A stretch of 64,000 nt of DNA from Sphyrna mokarran (taxonomy: Eukaryota): positions 107,260,001 through 107,324,000 of the forward strand of contig JAGIQG010000009.1 in assembly GCA_024679065.1 (NCBI GenBank), given 5' to 3'. This document shows, piece by piece, positions 1-12,270 of the stretch; the first letter of the stretch is position 1; each line of letters starts with the position of its first letter. The position numbers and the translations under genes are program-made. Under the pieces are notes generated by a model, which did no database searches, was not told the origin of the DNA, and worked only from the letters and a program-made list of their open reading frames with translations.

Positions 1-202
1 TTGCCTTGTGGTTATACATGTCTGTGTAAGAATATACGTGTGTGACACACACACATACATTCTCAAACAGACAATCCCACATAAATATATGTGTCTGAAC
101 CTGTGAGAGTTTATCTGTAACTCTGTATCACAGTGTGAGTATGTGTGCGTGACTGTATCTCTGTAAGAGTGTGTATCTGTGTGCGTTTGCATTGGAGTGT
201 CT

Positions 203-985
203 ATATAGAAACAGAAAATGGAAGCAGCAGTAAGCCATTCGGCCCGTCGAGCCTCCTCCACCATTCATTTTGATTATGGCTGATCATCAAATTCAATGTC
301 ACGATTGCTCCCTTCCCCATATCCCGTTAGCCCCTAGAACTATATCTAATTTCTTCTTGAAATCAGGCAATGTTTTAGCCTCTGCTTTTTTCTGTGGTAG
401 TAAACTACACACATTCACTACTCTCTGGGTGAAGAAATATGTCCTCACCTCAGTCCCAAGACGTTTACCCTCTTATCCTCAAATTATGACCCTTACTATT
501 TTTATTGTTCATTCATGGGACACAGACGTCACTGGCCGTCCGGCATTTCTTTATTCCCCATCCCGACTTGTCCTTGAAACTATTTGCTCGGCCATTTCAG
601 AGGGCAGTTGGGGGTCAACAACATTGCTGTGGCTCTGGAGTCACATGTAGGCCAGACCAAGAAAGGACGGCAGATATCCTTTCCTAAATGACATTAATGA
701 ACCAGATGTGTTTTTCCAACAATTGAGAATGGTTTCAAGTCATTCTGGGCTCCCCCACCACCAGGAACATTCTGAATTTACACTGTCTTATCCTGTTAGA
801 ATTTTATATGTTTCTATGAGATCCCCTCTCAATCTTTTGAACTCCAATGAGTATAATCCTAACCAAATTAGTCTCTTCTCATATGACAGACCTGCCTTCC
901 CAGGAATCAACCTTTGCTGCACTTCTTTGAGGACCTCTTTTCCAGATAAGGAGATCAAAACTGCACATAATACTTCAGGTCTGGC
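203..985 (-). mobile_element. CR1-type LINE 3' fragment interrupted by a Deu-SINE fragment (about 500-735)
   Basis: Typical CR1 3' end in antisense (gagcctcctccaccattca, ttcactactctctgggtgaagaa). Confidence 0.7.
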
Positions 986-1407
986 CTCACAAGCAACCTA
1001 TACAAAGCTTATGAGAGCAAGTGCGTATGTCTGCATGAGAATGTGTGTGTATGTGTGCCTGTATGGGACTGTTTGTACGTATGTCTGTGTCAATCGGATA
1101 TGTATATATATCTCTGGGACTATGCGTATGCCTCTTGGTGATAATATGTTTGCCTCACTACCTCAGAGTGTGACAGCCAAAATATGTCAGTAGATACGTG
1201 TCTATGAGTGTGCACGCCTGCCTGTCACTGTTTGTGTGTGTCTGTGAATGTTGCAGGCAATGTGCATGCATGCACCAAGGGGGACTGTTGCTGAGACCGC
1301 CATCACTTAATGTGAAACAACCCTATTTAATATTAACGGAAAAAAATCACTATTCTTTTGTTGAGGTGCCAATGCTTGTCTAACTTATCTTCCCACTATC
1401 ATTTTAG

Positions 1408-1530
1408 GTGTTACATCAAAAACAAAATGCTCGATTAATGATGTGCTTCTTGGAGTATTGGCTACAGTGATAGGATTGCTTTGTATTTTACTAACTATAG
1501 TGTCACTGCTTCTCCACCAGAGAAAAAAAG
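1408..1530 (+). CDS. Gene A stalk+transmembrane exon of a type I membrane receptor, probable paralog of gene B (NCR3-like family); upstream exons lie outside the window
   Basis: Acceptor ctatcattttag and donor AAAG|gtattt flank a 123-nt phase 1-1 exon, (G)VTSKTKCSINDVLLGVLATVIGLLCILLTIVSLLLHQRKK. It has a ~24-aa uncharged hydrophobic run followed by a basic stop-transfer. Confidence 0.85.
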
Positions 1531-1629
1531 GTATTTTTATGCATTTAATCGATTACTATTATTGCTATTAGTGTGATGGTGACCCTATTGTCCCACTTAC
1601 ACTCCTTTCTTGTTCCTTATTGTTATTCT

Positions 1630-1952
1630 TTATTCACTTTACGAGATGGGAGCGTCGGTGGCCGTCTAGCGTTTATTACCCACATCCCTAACATTGGAGA
1701 GTCAATCATGTTACTATGGAGTGCCATGTCGGCCAAGTCAAGGACAATAGATTTCCTTCCCTAAAAGACATTTCTGAACCAAATGACTTTTTACAAGAAT
1801 CTACAATAGTTTCATGGTCATTCATCGATTTTTAATTCCAGATTTTTATTAAACTTAAATTTTACCATCTGCTGTGGCGAGATTTGAACCTGGATCCCTA
1901 GATCTTGCCCTGGGTTTCGAGTCCAGTGACAATACTACTATGCCACTGCCTC
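1630..1952 (-). mobile_element. SacSINE1-like Deu-domain SINE
   Basis: Shares tRNA-like head, central domain and L2-like tail with copies at about 4590-4930, 12728-13042, 13436-13712, 23858-24180, 33270-33602, 34810-35182 and 42563-42868. Confidence 0.65.
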
Positions 1953-2384
1953 ACGTTTTTTTCTATAGGTTTCTACTTAAATTTTGTAGAATTCCAAATC
2001 CTATCTCAGATTTTTTTGAAATATAACCGCTATTTAAATATTTACGCTATCATTCTCGCATTCACATTGACGAGGAGGAACAAGAATTGATATTGTTTTG
2101 CCGATGATATACACATCCAGTACCGCTGAGGTTATTCATGAAGGTTCTGCTTTCTCAACCTCGCATTAGATGTGATGATCCTCAGGTTAAATCACCACCA
2201 GTCAACTCTCCCCTTCAAAGGGAGAGCAGCCTGGTCATCTGGGACCATGGCGACCGTACCTTTAACACTGCCCCAACGATAGACAAAAATAATTTTTTAC
2301 ACTAAAGCGTCAGGCTTTCTTTTCATGAATTAAAGCAACAATAATTAAAAATATTTCCAATCATGTTTAAGAATACAACTATAT

Positions 2385-2975
2385 GTTTCATGAATCAGGG
2401 AATGTGGATATCACTGGCTAGGCCACATTTGCTGCCCATATCGAATTACCGCTGAGAAGGTGGTGGTGAGCTGCCATCTTGAACCATTATAGCCCATAGC
2501 TACATCCGCTGTTAGTGAAGCAGCTCCAGGATTCTGACTCAGCCGCAGTGAAGGAGCAATGATCTATTTCCAAGTTAGGACATTGAGTGACTTGGAGGGG
2601 AACCTGCAGCTGGTAGTTTTTTCAGATATTTGTTGCCTAGGATCCTCTAGATGGTAGTGGTCCTAGGTTTGTAAGGTGCAGCCTAAGGAATCTGGGTGAG
2701 TTGCTGCAGTGCATCTTGTAGATGGTACACACTGCTGTCATTCTGCGCTGGTGGTGGAGGAAATGAATTTTGTGGATGGGGTACCAACCAAATGGGCTAC
2801 CTTGCCTTGGGTAGTACCAAGCATCTTAAGTGCTGTTGGAGCTGTACTCACCCAGTCAAGTGGAGAGTATTCCATCACACTTCTGACTTGTGCCTTGTAA
2901 GTGATGGATAGGTTTTGGGGAGACAGGAGATGAGTTATTCACTAGAGGATTCCTCGCCTTTGATCTGCTCTTAAT
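2385..2975 (-). mobile_element. L2-type LINE 3' relic
   Basis: Antisense L2 3' sequence (gagaaggtggtggtgagctgcc...gtgctgttggagctgtactcacccag), sharing its tail with the Deu-SINEs. Confidence 0.6.
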
Positions 2976-4107
2976 GTACTAACAGATTATTATTCTGTTA
3001 AGGCCCATAGTAGAAACTCCAGGGTGTTTTATGAAGTTAACCTAGACCCAAATGTTTATATTTGATTTTGGCATTAGGGTGGGCACAAAGTGTTTCACTG
3101 CAGGTATGATTCAAGTGATCCACTGGGAAGTTTTTATCAAAACAAATTTTATTTAGGAACAGTGATGTAATATAACAAAAAAAGCATAACCTTTAGTAAT
3201 TAAAATACTTAGACATGACAAAGTTTAATCTTTAACAGCTAGCTATCTCTATTGTTCCAATTTAAAGCATGGACATATACCCATCTTTGGAATTAGTTAG
3301 CACAACAAACAAATATGCTCACGTGATTCTGAATTTTCAGCTTTTAACACTTCTGGACAAAGATGCAGACAAGTTTCCAAAAGAGCAACTCTCAGAGAAA
3401 AATCCTACAGCAGACTCCCCAAGACAGAAACTTATCTCTGCCAGATTCCAGTCTTTAACTTTGGAGAGAGAGAAAGACACTCCTCTCCTTCAATTCCAAA
3501 ACATCACCTAAGTTTGAATATTCTGTGTATTCTAGCTACCCTGTCACCTGCCCACCGCCCACCAAAGGTCCCAATCAATCCCCATTCTTCAATGGAGAAC
3601 AGGAGACTAGCATTAGTTCAGATTAAAACCAGCATTAGAAGTAGTTATGCTGTTACAGTAACAATACCGAATATTAGTAGACAGAGTGACTCCAAGTGTA
3701 TAAAAACTGCTATGCCATATCTTGCACAAGCAGGTGGCTGAAATACATTTTTAAAGACAGACGATTCTCAAACATGTTTAAGAATTAGGAATTTTTTATA
3801 TTCATTACCAATTCCAGGTAGTAGCTGAAAAGTCAAAGGAACATTAAAAAAGGGGAAGGCGTGGTGTGATCATTCAGTTACAGAGTCATGAAGTTCAACT
3901 TATAATTTGTTCATTAAATTGAGCCACATTTGCTCAAGAGTCAGTATGTAGCAAAGTTATATGTTTGCCTGGACATGACATGTTCATATATATTGCTGAT
4001 TACTCAGTTGCACATAGATATTATTGATTTGGTTTGAAATTGTAAATGAAATATTCAGATTTAATTTAATCAGTTTATGATTGAATGTGTTTTGTTCTTT
4101 TTTGCAG

Positions 4108-4126
4108 TTTGTATTGCCCTCCAGAG
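4108..4126 (+). CDS. Gene A cytoplasmic micro-exon 1 (19 nt)
   Basis: Strong acceptor ttttgttcttttttgcag and donor GAG|gtaagt. Phase 1-2, reads (V)CIALQ(R) in frame with the TM exon. Same size and phase as the post-TM exon of gene B. Confidence 0.8.
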
Positions 4127-4147
4127 GTAAGTTCATATATTACTTTG

Positions 4148-4482
4148 AGAATCATAGAATCCCTATAGCGCAGACCATTCGGCCCAAGAATTCTGCATTG
4201 ATACTCTGATAGACCTGACCCTCCCACCCTGGCCCTATCCACGTATCCACAAATACTGACCTCATTAATCTCTCTAAGTCCACATTTTAGGACATTAAGG
4301 AGCAATTTAGCATGGTCTATCACACTTTGGAGTGTGGGAACAAATCGGAGCACCGGGAGGAAACCCACGCAGACAAGGGGAGAAAATGGAAACTACACAT
4401 AGATAGTTACCCAGAACCAGAATTGAACGTGTGGATTTGAGTCACTGGTGCTGTGAGGCAGCAGTGTTAACCACTGCATCAC
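4148..4482 (-). mobile_element. HE1-type tRNA-derived SINE
   Basis: Antisense of the head gtggttaacactgctgcctcacagc, with a body and ttctatga tail shared with many other copies. Confidence 0.8.
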
Positions 4483-5560
4483 TCTATGTGTAACTTAGCT
4501 TTCTGCTTCCTCCTGAACTGTAGTTGGCCCATCTCACTCAATTTCCACTAAGTTCTTTTTCATTCCTTTATGCTTTGATGTAGTATAAGTGTTGCTGGCA
4601 AGGCCAGCATTTGTTGCCCACTCGTAAATGCCCTTGAACTCAATGGCTTATCATTACGTCATTCCATAGAGCATGTAATACTCAAGCTCATTGCTATGGA
4701 TCTGGTGTCACATATAGGCCAGTCTGAGTAAGGATGAGAAATTTCCATCATGAAAGATTATCAGAGAATGCAACAACTGATGAGAGTTTCATGGTCACCA
4801 TGGCAGAAGCACCCTTTATTTCCATGTTTAAATAAAACTTTTAAATTAAATGCCACGTTGCAATTTGAATTTAGGGATATCTAACTTGGCCACTGGATTA
4901 CCAGCCCAGTAACATTACCACTAAACCACACTCTGCACCACAACTCCTCTGCTGATTCTTAGCTGCACTGGAATGAAAAGCTGTCACGAATGTTCTCGAC
5001 GGTGAGGGAATCCAGGACGCCAATCTTAGTTTGAAGATAAGGGATAAACCACTTAGAACTGGTTTGAGGGGAAATTTCGTACCTAGAAATTAGTGAATGT
5101 ATGAAATTCACTACCACAGAAAGTAGTTGAGGCCAAAACGCTGAGTGATTTTTAAGAAGCTAAAGACCAAAGATGTGCGGGTTAGGTTGATGAGCCATGC
5201 TAAAAATTTCCCTTAGTATCCTGAGATGCGTAGGTTAGACAGATTAGTGGGTAAATATGTAGGAATATGGGGGTAGGGGCTGGGTGGGATTGTGGTCGGT
5301 ACAGACTCAATGGGCTGAATGGCCGCTTTCTGTACTGCATGATTTCTATGCTTTCTGTGATTTCTCTGAAGAAAGTAGACATAGCTCTTGAGGCTGAAGA
5401 GATCAAGGGATATGGGGGAGAGGTAGGATCAGGATATTGAATTTGATGATCAGCTGTGATCAAAATGAATGGTAGAGTTTGCTTGAAGGTATGAATGGCG
5501 TACTTCTGCTTCTAGTTTCTATGGTTCCATGTTTCTAACCATGTGCTTTCATCTCCATAG

Positions 5561-5595
5561 GCAGTTTGTGGCATACATCACAGAGAAGTCAACAG
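5561..5595 (+). CDS. Gene A cytoplasmic micro-exon 2 (35 nt)
   Basis: Acceptor gctttcatctccatag and donor CAG|gtaact. Phase 2-1, reads (R)QFVAYITEKST. Confidence 0.75.
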
Positions 5596-5787
5596 GTAAC
5601 TGATTTCTAACTTGTAGAAGGGAATTCAGACAATCACACGTGGATTTGAATGAGAAGTTCCTTTATCCCATTCTAACTCATGATTTGAAACAGTTTCTCT
5701 GCTGCATCTGTACTTCACTCCCTCTCAGAAAACTGATATGTTCCTTCTTTTCCTCTTTTTTTTTACCATTACCTTTTGCACGCAAAA

Positions 5788-6140
5788 ATTCATAGAATCC
5801 CTGCAGTGCAGAAGCGGGCCGTTCAGCCCATCAACTCTGCACTGATTCTCCCACCCAAACCCTACCCAAACAGCATCCCGCCCAAACCCTACCCATGTAT
5901 CCCCACATTTTGGCCCCGCTAATGCCTCCAACCTACACATTTTGGGACACTAAGGGGAATTCAGCATGGCCAATCTACCTAATCTGCATATGTTTGAACT
6001 GCGGGAGGAAACCAGAGCACTCATAGGAAACCCACATAGATAGGGAGAACATGCAAACTTCACGCAGTTACCCAAGGCCAGTATTGAACTTGGGTCCCTG
6101 GAGCTGTGAGGCAGTAGTGCTAACCAATGATCCACCATCA
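5788..6140 (-). mobile_element. HE1-type SINE
   Basis: Same head, body and tail as the other copies. Confidence 0.8.
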
Positions 6141-6322
6141 TATTAACATATCAGTGCAAAGAATCTATGGCATAGTACGAATTGAACACAAATGGCACTT
6201 ATCTCTAAGTTCCTGATAATAAATATTGTTCTGAGAATTTACTTTCTCACTGTCAGCAATGTAAGAATGATTAATTTTAGCTACACGTTGAAACAATTAG
6301 CCAGGCAGACTAACATCAACTG

Positions 6323-7223
6323 AAGCAAATTACAGTGGATGCTGGAATTTGAAACCAAAAAGAAAATGCTGGAAAATCTCAGTAGGTCTGGCAGCATCTG
6401 TAAGGAAAGAACATAAGTGAAGTTTCAAGTCCAGATGATCCTTTGTCAAAGCTAAAAGCATTGAAAGTGGGAGATATTTATACTGCAGGGTGAGGGAATG
6501 AAAGGTGAATCATAGCTACAGAAACTAGGGGAAAAGGTTGCTAGTGGCAGAGAGAATAAAGGGTGCGAATGACCAAACGGCAGACAACCTGAAATCAGAG
6601 GGTAAACTGTGACAGATGAAAATGTGGGGGGAGGAGAGGGGCAGAGAAAAAGATAGGAGAGAGGTAAAAGTTAGAAAAAGGGGGTTCTAGGTTAAACAGT
6701 GTTACACTTGCACTCTTTCAATTTGGTCCACTGCACCCACTGTTCCTAATGTGGTGTCCTCCACATCAGAGAGACCAAATATAGATTAGGTGATCACTTT
6801 GCTGATCTTTTTTGGCCTGTGCATAGTCAGGACCCTGACCTCTGGGTTGCTTTGCCATTTTAACACACAATCCTGCTCCCATACCCACGTATCTGTCCTT
6901 GGCCTGCTGCAATGTTCCAGTGAAGCTCAACGCAAACTGGAGGAATAGTACCTCATCTTCCAGGTAGTCACTTTACAGCCTTGCACTATCAATGTCGAAT
7001 TCAGCGACTTCAGGTGATTAGCTCTGCCCCACCTCGGCCCCTTTGTTTTCATTTTATTTAACTTTTGACTGTTCCCCACCTTTTACTTCTTTATTACTTT
7101 CTTCGTTTTTCTTTGCCCCATTCTTTCCCCCTACTTTATTCCCTTTTCCTTAGCTTTTCTCTCCCTTTGCTTCCCGATTTTTCTAACTTTTATCTCTTTC
7201 CCATCCATTCCTCACACCCCCTC

Positions 7224-7273
<50 letters not shown>

Positions 7274-7543
7274 TCTTCATCTGTCACAGTTTACCTTCTG
7301 ATTTCACTTTCTCTGCCGTTTCGCCATTCATCCTTTATTCTCTGCACGGGCTGCCATTAGCAGCCTTTTCCCTTGTTTATGTGGCTGTGACTCATCTTCC
7401 ATTCTTTTATCCTGTGGTATAAATATCTTCCACTTCCTATGCCTTTTAGCTTTGATAAAGGGTCATCTGGACTGGAAACGTCAGCTCTTTTCTCTCCTTA
7501 CAGATACTGCCAGACCTGCTGAGATTTTCATTTTGGTTTCAGA
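6323..7543 (+). mobile_element. Penelope-like element relic with inverted terminal arms and decayed GIY-YIG endonuclease
   Basis: 6323-6683 is an inverted copy of about 7150-7543. 6700-7010 translates with defects as NLVHCTHCS*CGVLHIRETKYRLGDHFA...CSSEAQRKLEE*YLIF, the PLE endonuclease C-terminus. Confidence 0.72.
7228..7268. repeat. (CA)n microsatellite
   Basis: About 20 uninterrupted CA units. Confidence 0.95.
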
Positions 7544-7664
7544 CTAACATTAAATGTTAATTACAACAATGGATAGATTGTCGTATTTATGATGTTCTGA
7601 ATTTTTAATTTCTCGTGAAATTTGATTTTTTTTTGCCAAACAAAATGTTATTTATTTCCAATAG

Positions 7665-7699
7665 AAACTCTCCCATTAAAGACCAAAGGGCGTCATAAG
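7665..7699 (+). CDS. Gene A cytoplasmic micro-exon 3 (35 nt)
   Basis: Acceptor ttatttatttccaatag and donor AAG|gtaagc. Phase 1-0, reads (E)TLPLKTKGRHK, keeping the frame open across all four exons. Confidence 0.75.
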
Positions 7700-8877
7700 G
7701 TAAGCTGAACCTTGATAGAATTTTCTACCGTTCATATATCCATTGAATTGTTGACTTGAGTCTCAGCAGCGCAGTAGTTAATACTTTCAGAAAACAATAG
7801 ATGTATTTCAGTATTGTTTTAGATTATTCATGCGAGAAAGTGTACAATTGATTCAGATGTCCCTAAATTTGACAGCATTAAAGGATTGGGCATTTTAAAA
7901 TGTGCATGCATTCGGACCTCATTCAATGCAACTTAGAGTTAATGTTAGATTTTATTTTTGCTTGAAGATGTTCATTAGAGGTTAACGTGCAGTTTTTAAG
8001 GATAACTGATTTTAATGTGAAAGAGCGGCTGCCCCATATGCTGATGTCCAAGAAATGTGATAATATCTTGGTAGGAATTCGGGGAATAGAACGGGCCCCT
8101 TATGCGAATGTTTCAATGAGTGTGTTGGACCCAATGAAAGTGAAACTATATAATGCGGCACAAGATCTACACAACGCTTATGACAACAGAGAAGCTTAAT
8201 ACATAGTGGTTGCATTACTGATGAATTGGCGACTGGATTTTAATATAGGGTATTCGCAATGGAAACCAGTTATTTACTTTGAACTATTTGAAACAGGCGT
8301 CACTAGCAATTAATAGTAAATGACCTTTCAGATTCTGCACACTGACAACAAGTAGAAAAGGATGCAGAAGATTGCACTGCATATAACTTTGGACCAGACA
8401 AAGTTGGGTTTAGTGAAGTTGGAGTTTGGAGTGACTAATATGAGATTGACTGGAGTTGATGTTTTGGTAGATTGTAAATCTCTGGAAGAAGACTTTCTCT
8501 TTGACGTTCTATATAATAAGAGCTCTGTCATTTCTTAAAATGTCATAACTAAAGACTCTTGGCAAATAGTTTGAAGCAACATGCAGGAAGAAAATGTATA
8601 CAGCATTTGTTATGACCTGAAATGTACTCTCCGAAAGGCTAACTACAGCAGCCTGAAATACAACGTTGCAGTGTTAATGTAGGTCTAATGATTAAACTTG
8701 AAATATAGTCCAATTCCCCCCTTCATGTGAAGTCTAATCAGATATCAACCTATTCCTTATTAGGTCTCATTGCAGCTTTACAAAATCTAGCGGGGAGTAA
8801 ATTATTGGCGTTAAACAATACAAGCAAGCAAATAATGGGTAGTTCTTACAATCAATTTCCTATCCTTTCTAGCTATA

Positions 8878-9705
8878 TTAGAACAAAGAACAGTACAGCA
8901 CAGGAACAGACCATTCGACCCACAAAGCCTGCGTCAATACATGACGCCTTTCTAAACTAAAGAACTTTTGACACTATACAGTCCGTATTCCTCTACTTCC
9001 TGCCTATTCTGTCTGTCAAGATGACTCTTAAACATTGCTATTCTATGTGCTTCTATACCTTCTTTGTCAACGCATTCCAGGCAGTTGTAACCTTCTGAGT
9101 AAAAAAACCATGCCTCTCACATCTTCTTTAAACTGCATTCCCCCACTTTTACCTTAAGCCTATGTCGCCTAGTAATTCATATTCCCATCCCAGGGAAAGA
9201 AGACTCCGATTACCCTTTCTATCCTCTCATAATTTTGCAAACTTCTATCAGGTCGCCCCTCAGCCTCAGGTAGTCAAATGGGAACAAAGTTTGCCCAATC
9301 TCTTCTCATGACTCGTATCCTCCAAACCAGAAAACATCCTGATAAACTTTTCTGTGCCCTGTCCAAAATCTCCACATCCTTCAGGTAGTGTGGCGACCAG
9401 ACCTGTATGCACTGTTCCAATCATGTCCTAACTAAAGTTCTGTACAGTTGCAAAATAACTTGCCAATTTTTATACTCTATTCATCGACTGCTGAAAGCAA
9501 GAATTCCTTGACCATCTTATCCACTTGTGCTGCAACTTTTAGGAAACTGGCTGTATACCTAGATCCCTTTGTAAGTTAATGCTTCTAAGATTCTGCGATT
9601 TACTATATACTTCCCTTCTGCATTAGACCTTCCAAAATGCATCACCTCAAATTATCTGGCTTTAAATTCCATCTGCCATTTCTCCACCCAAGTATCCAAC
9701 CTATA
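8878..9705 (-). mobile_element. CR1 LINE 3' fragment
   Basis: Antisense RT C-terminus (gtggcgaccagacctgtatgcactgttccaa = LEQCIQVWSP). Confidence 0.75.
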
Positions 9706-9839
9706 TTTGGGCGACTGGTCGATTGAAGAATTGTCAATATTGTCCAATTAGTTAAAAAGGGAGAAGCCGTTCGACACATTTAATGTAGACCGTTATCAGA
9801 ACCTCGTTGGTAGACAAGTTATTGCAAACTGTTTGCATT

Positions 9840-10195
9840 GTAAGGAGAAGTTGGATAGGGTGGAACTTTTTTCACTGTAGCATATGAGGATAAGGGTAAC
9901 CTGATGGAGATTTATAATATTATGAGAGTATAGATAAGGTGAATAATCTGGATCTTTTCTCCAGGGTAGGGGAGTTCAGAAGTGGAGGGCATAGATTTAA
10001 GGTGAGAGGGGAATGATTAAAAAGGGACATGAGGGACAGCTTTTTCACACAGAGGGTAATATGTGCATGGAATAAGCTGCTAGAGGAGTGGTAGAGGCAG
10101 GTACAATTATAGCATTTTAAAGACAATTGGGCAGTTACATGGATAGGAAAGGTTTAGAGATATATGGGTCAAACAAAACCAATGGAACTAGTTCA
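9840..10195 (+). mobile_element. CR1 LINE 3' fragment
   Basis: Decayed RLDRVELFSL...FFTQRV...WNKL motifs. Confidence 0.75.
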
Positions 10196-10973
10196 TTTCA
10201 TTGCAGTGTGAATGCAAGACTACCTGTGACTAATAAATAAAGTTTAACTTTAACTTAGTTAAGTTTAAGAAACAACTGATTATACTGTGCAACGAATATA
10301 ATTTTTACATCACTGAAAGCAACATATGAATTTATATTGTATTCTTGAACATAATTATCTGATAAATGAAAGGTGAGACCAATTTCCTTTATCCTGTTAC
10401 GGTTCGTTTGCAAATACCGCTTAGAAGTGTCTGGTAAGTAACCATGGTTACTGTGGTTATGAGACGACTTGAACGTTGCAAATAATTCATTCCCTTGCTC
10501 TTAAGTTGAACAAATAATCCTAGTATAAGTTCTTCGCGAGTTGCATTGCCTATTACTGTGTACATAGTTCATCTCTGGAGGCGGGCGAGGCTCCTAGAAC
10601 GGTATTTTCCGTTGGCCTGGGGGTGGGGGAAGGGGTAACTAGCTTCGCCCGAGCAAGACCGTCAAATAGCCTCTATCTATTAACTTATTGGTCTTTGTAT
10701 CTACCCCCGTGTCTTTCTGATTTATTTGGGAGATGTTCTTTAGGCCTCCTGCAGTTTCTAGGCGGCGGGAGGCGGCCCACCCTTAACCAGCGGCGGGAAC
10801 GTCTCTTCCCGTCGCTGTCAAGGGAACTTCTAATTGAATCCACCCCGTGCCGTCGGCAAATTCCGGGCGCGCCGTCGGCGGGAACGGAAAATCCGGCTGG
10901 TGAACAATGCACCTAAATGATTGAGACTGCCCAGGAGGACGCTGAAGGTTCACTGCATTCTTTGTTTTCAAAG

Positions 10974-11102
10974 CGCCGAGAGGACAGTGCTTCGAGCTCC
11001 GGCCAGGAAGGGAAGAAGAAGAAGAAGAAAAGGAAGGTGAAAGAGCTTCCCACCTCCCCGGATTACGTCCATGACGGCCGCCCCCAGGGAGCAAGACCCT
11101 AA
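10974..11102 (+). CDS. Gene A probable terminal coding exon (polybasic cytoplasmic tail)
   Basis: Acceptor cattctttgttttcaaag in phase 0 matches the preceding donor. Reads RREDSASSSGQEGKKKKKKRKVKELPTSPDYVHDGRPQGARP* in non-repeat sequence. Confidence 0.6.
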   Translation, partial: RREDSASSSGQEGKKKKKKRKVKELPTSPDYVHDGRPQGARP

Positions 11103-11877
11103 TCTCAAGAACACAGAACTCCTCACAGGAACACTTATTTAAGCTTCCCAGTCATTCCCACGTATTTGCGAGAGGGTAGAAATTATTTCTTTTTTTTATA
11201 TTGTTTCAATACTTTACACATGTAGTCATGTAAATCCTGAACAGGGGAGTTACTCATTAGACGCGGAACAGAATTCCATCATCTTTTTCACTTGTATTCT
11301 TATTTGCACAAATCACGCAAGAATGAGAAGTAAAATGGTTGCAAATTGAAATGTAATAAGCTATTTCATTTCGAACAGTAAATCGCCAGACACGAGACTA
11401 ACCGCTGGTTCTACAATTTCCGGTCTCATACCGACGCTGCTGCAGACCAGAACGGAGAATTTGATTTGGGTCATGCTTTGCCTCTCACTCTCCCCGCTGC
11501 TGTTGCAGTAGCCTCTCGCTATTTGTGCAACACCAGGCACCCTTATCGCCCCAGCCTTTCTCATCAAAATTTGATGGAAACTCTGACGCGCTGGCTACTG
11601 CGGATATTTGGTTTATTTTAAGCCGGGCACGTGGCCAGAGGAACAAAAGCCACTTGCCCATCTTAACCGCCCTGCAATGTTGTGAAAGGTCCAACGAGCG
11701 AGCGGAATGTGTTGTGGATGTGTGAGAGAGGGTTTTTGTCCGACATTCCTCGCTCCACATCCACCCGATGACGCTTTTACAATACCCCTGATCAGAATTC
11801 CTCATTGCTCAAACGCAACCACAGTCAGATCAACACATGAAGATCAAAACAGAATTATTCACCAGCATTTAACAAGT

Positions 11878-12270
11878 GTAAGACCATAAGATAATAAGAC
11901 ATAGGAGGAGAATTAGGCTACTCGGTCCATTGAGTCTGCTCCTCAATTCAGTCATGGCTGATATTTTTCTCATCCCCGTTCTCCTGCCTTTTTCCCATAA
12001 CCATTGACCTCCTTATTAATCAAGAACCTATCTATCTCTGTCTTAAAGACACTCAATGATCTGGCCTCCACATCCTCCTGCAGCAAAGAGTTCCACAGAT
12101 TCATCAATAATCTCTGTTTTATTCCTTCTCATCTCTCTTTTAAAAGATCGTCCCTTTAGCCTGAAGTTCTATTTTTTCCCCCAGTGAAAACATCTTTTCC
12201 ACGCCCCCCTATTCAGGTACCGCAATATCCTGTAAGTTTCAATAAGCTCCCCCCTCATCCTTCTAAACTT
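11878..12270 (-). mobile_element. CR1 LINE 3' fragment
   Basis: Antisense FRRMRGELIETY (ORF 12169-12366) plus short tandem tail. Confidence 0.7.

Noticed and set aside
2996-3775. Solo LTR
   Set aside because: TG...CA-like ends are suggestive, but no second copy, PBS or clear target-site duplication could be confirmed.
10320-10433. Extra gene A exons near the donors at 10373 and 10434
   Set aside because: Acceptors are weak or lack AG, and the two units are too close together for a normal intron.
10570-10915. GC-rich ORFs or a CpG-island promoter
   Set aside because: The sequence resembles a dispersed MITE-like repeat, and the ORFs show no recognisable protein features.
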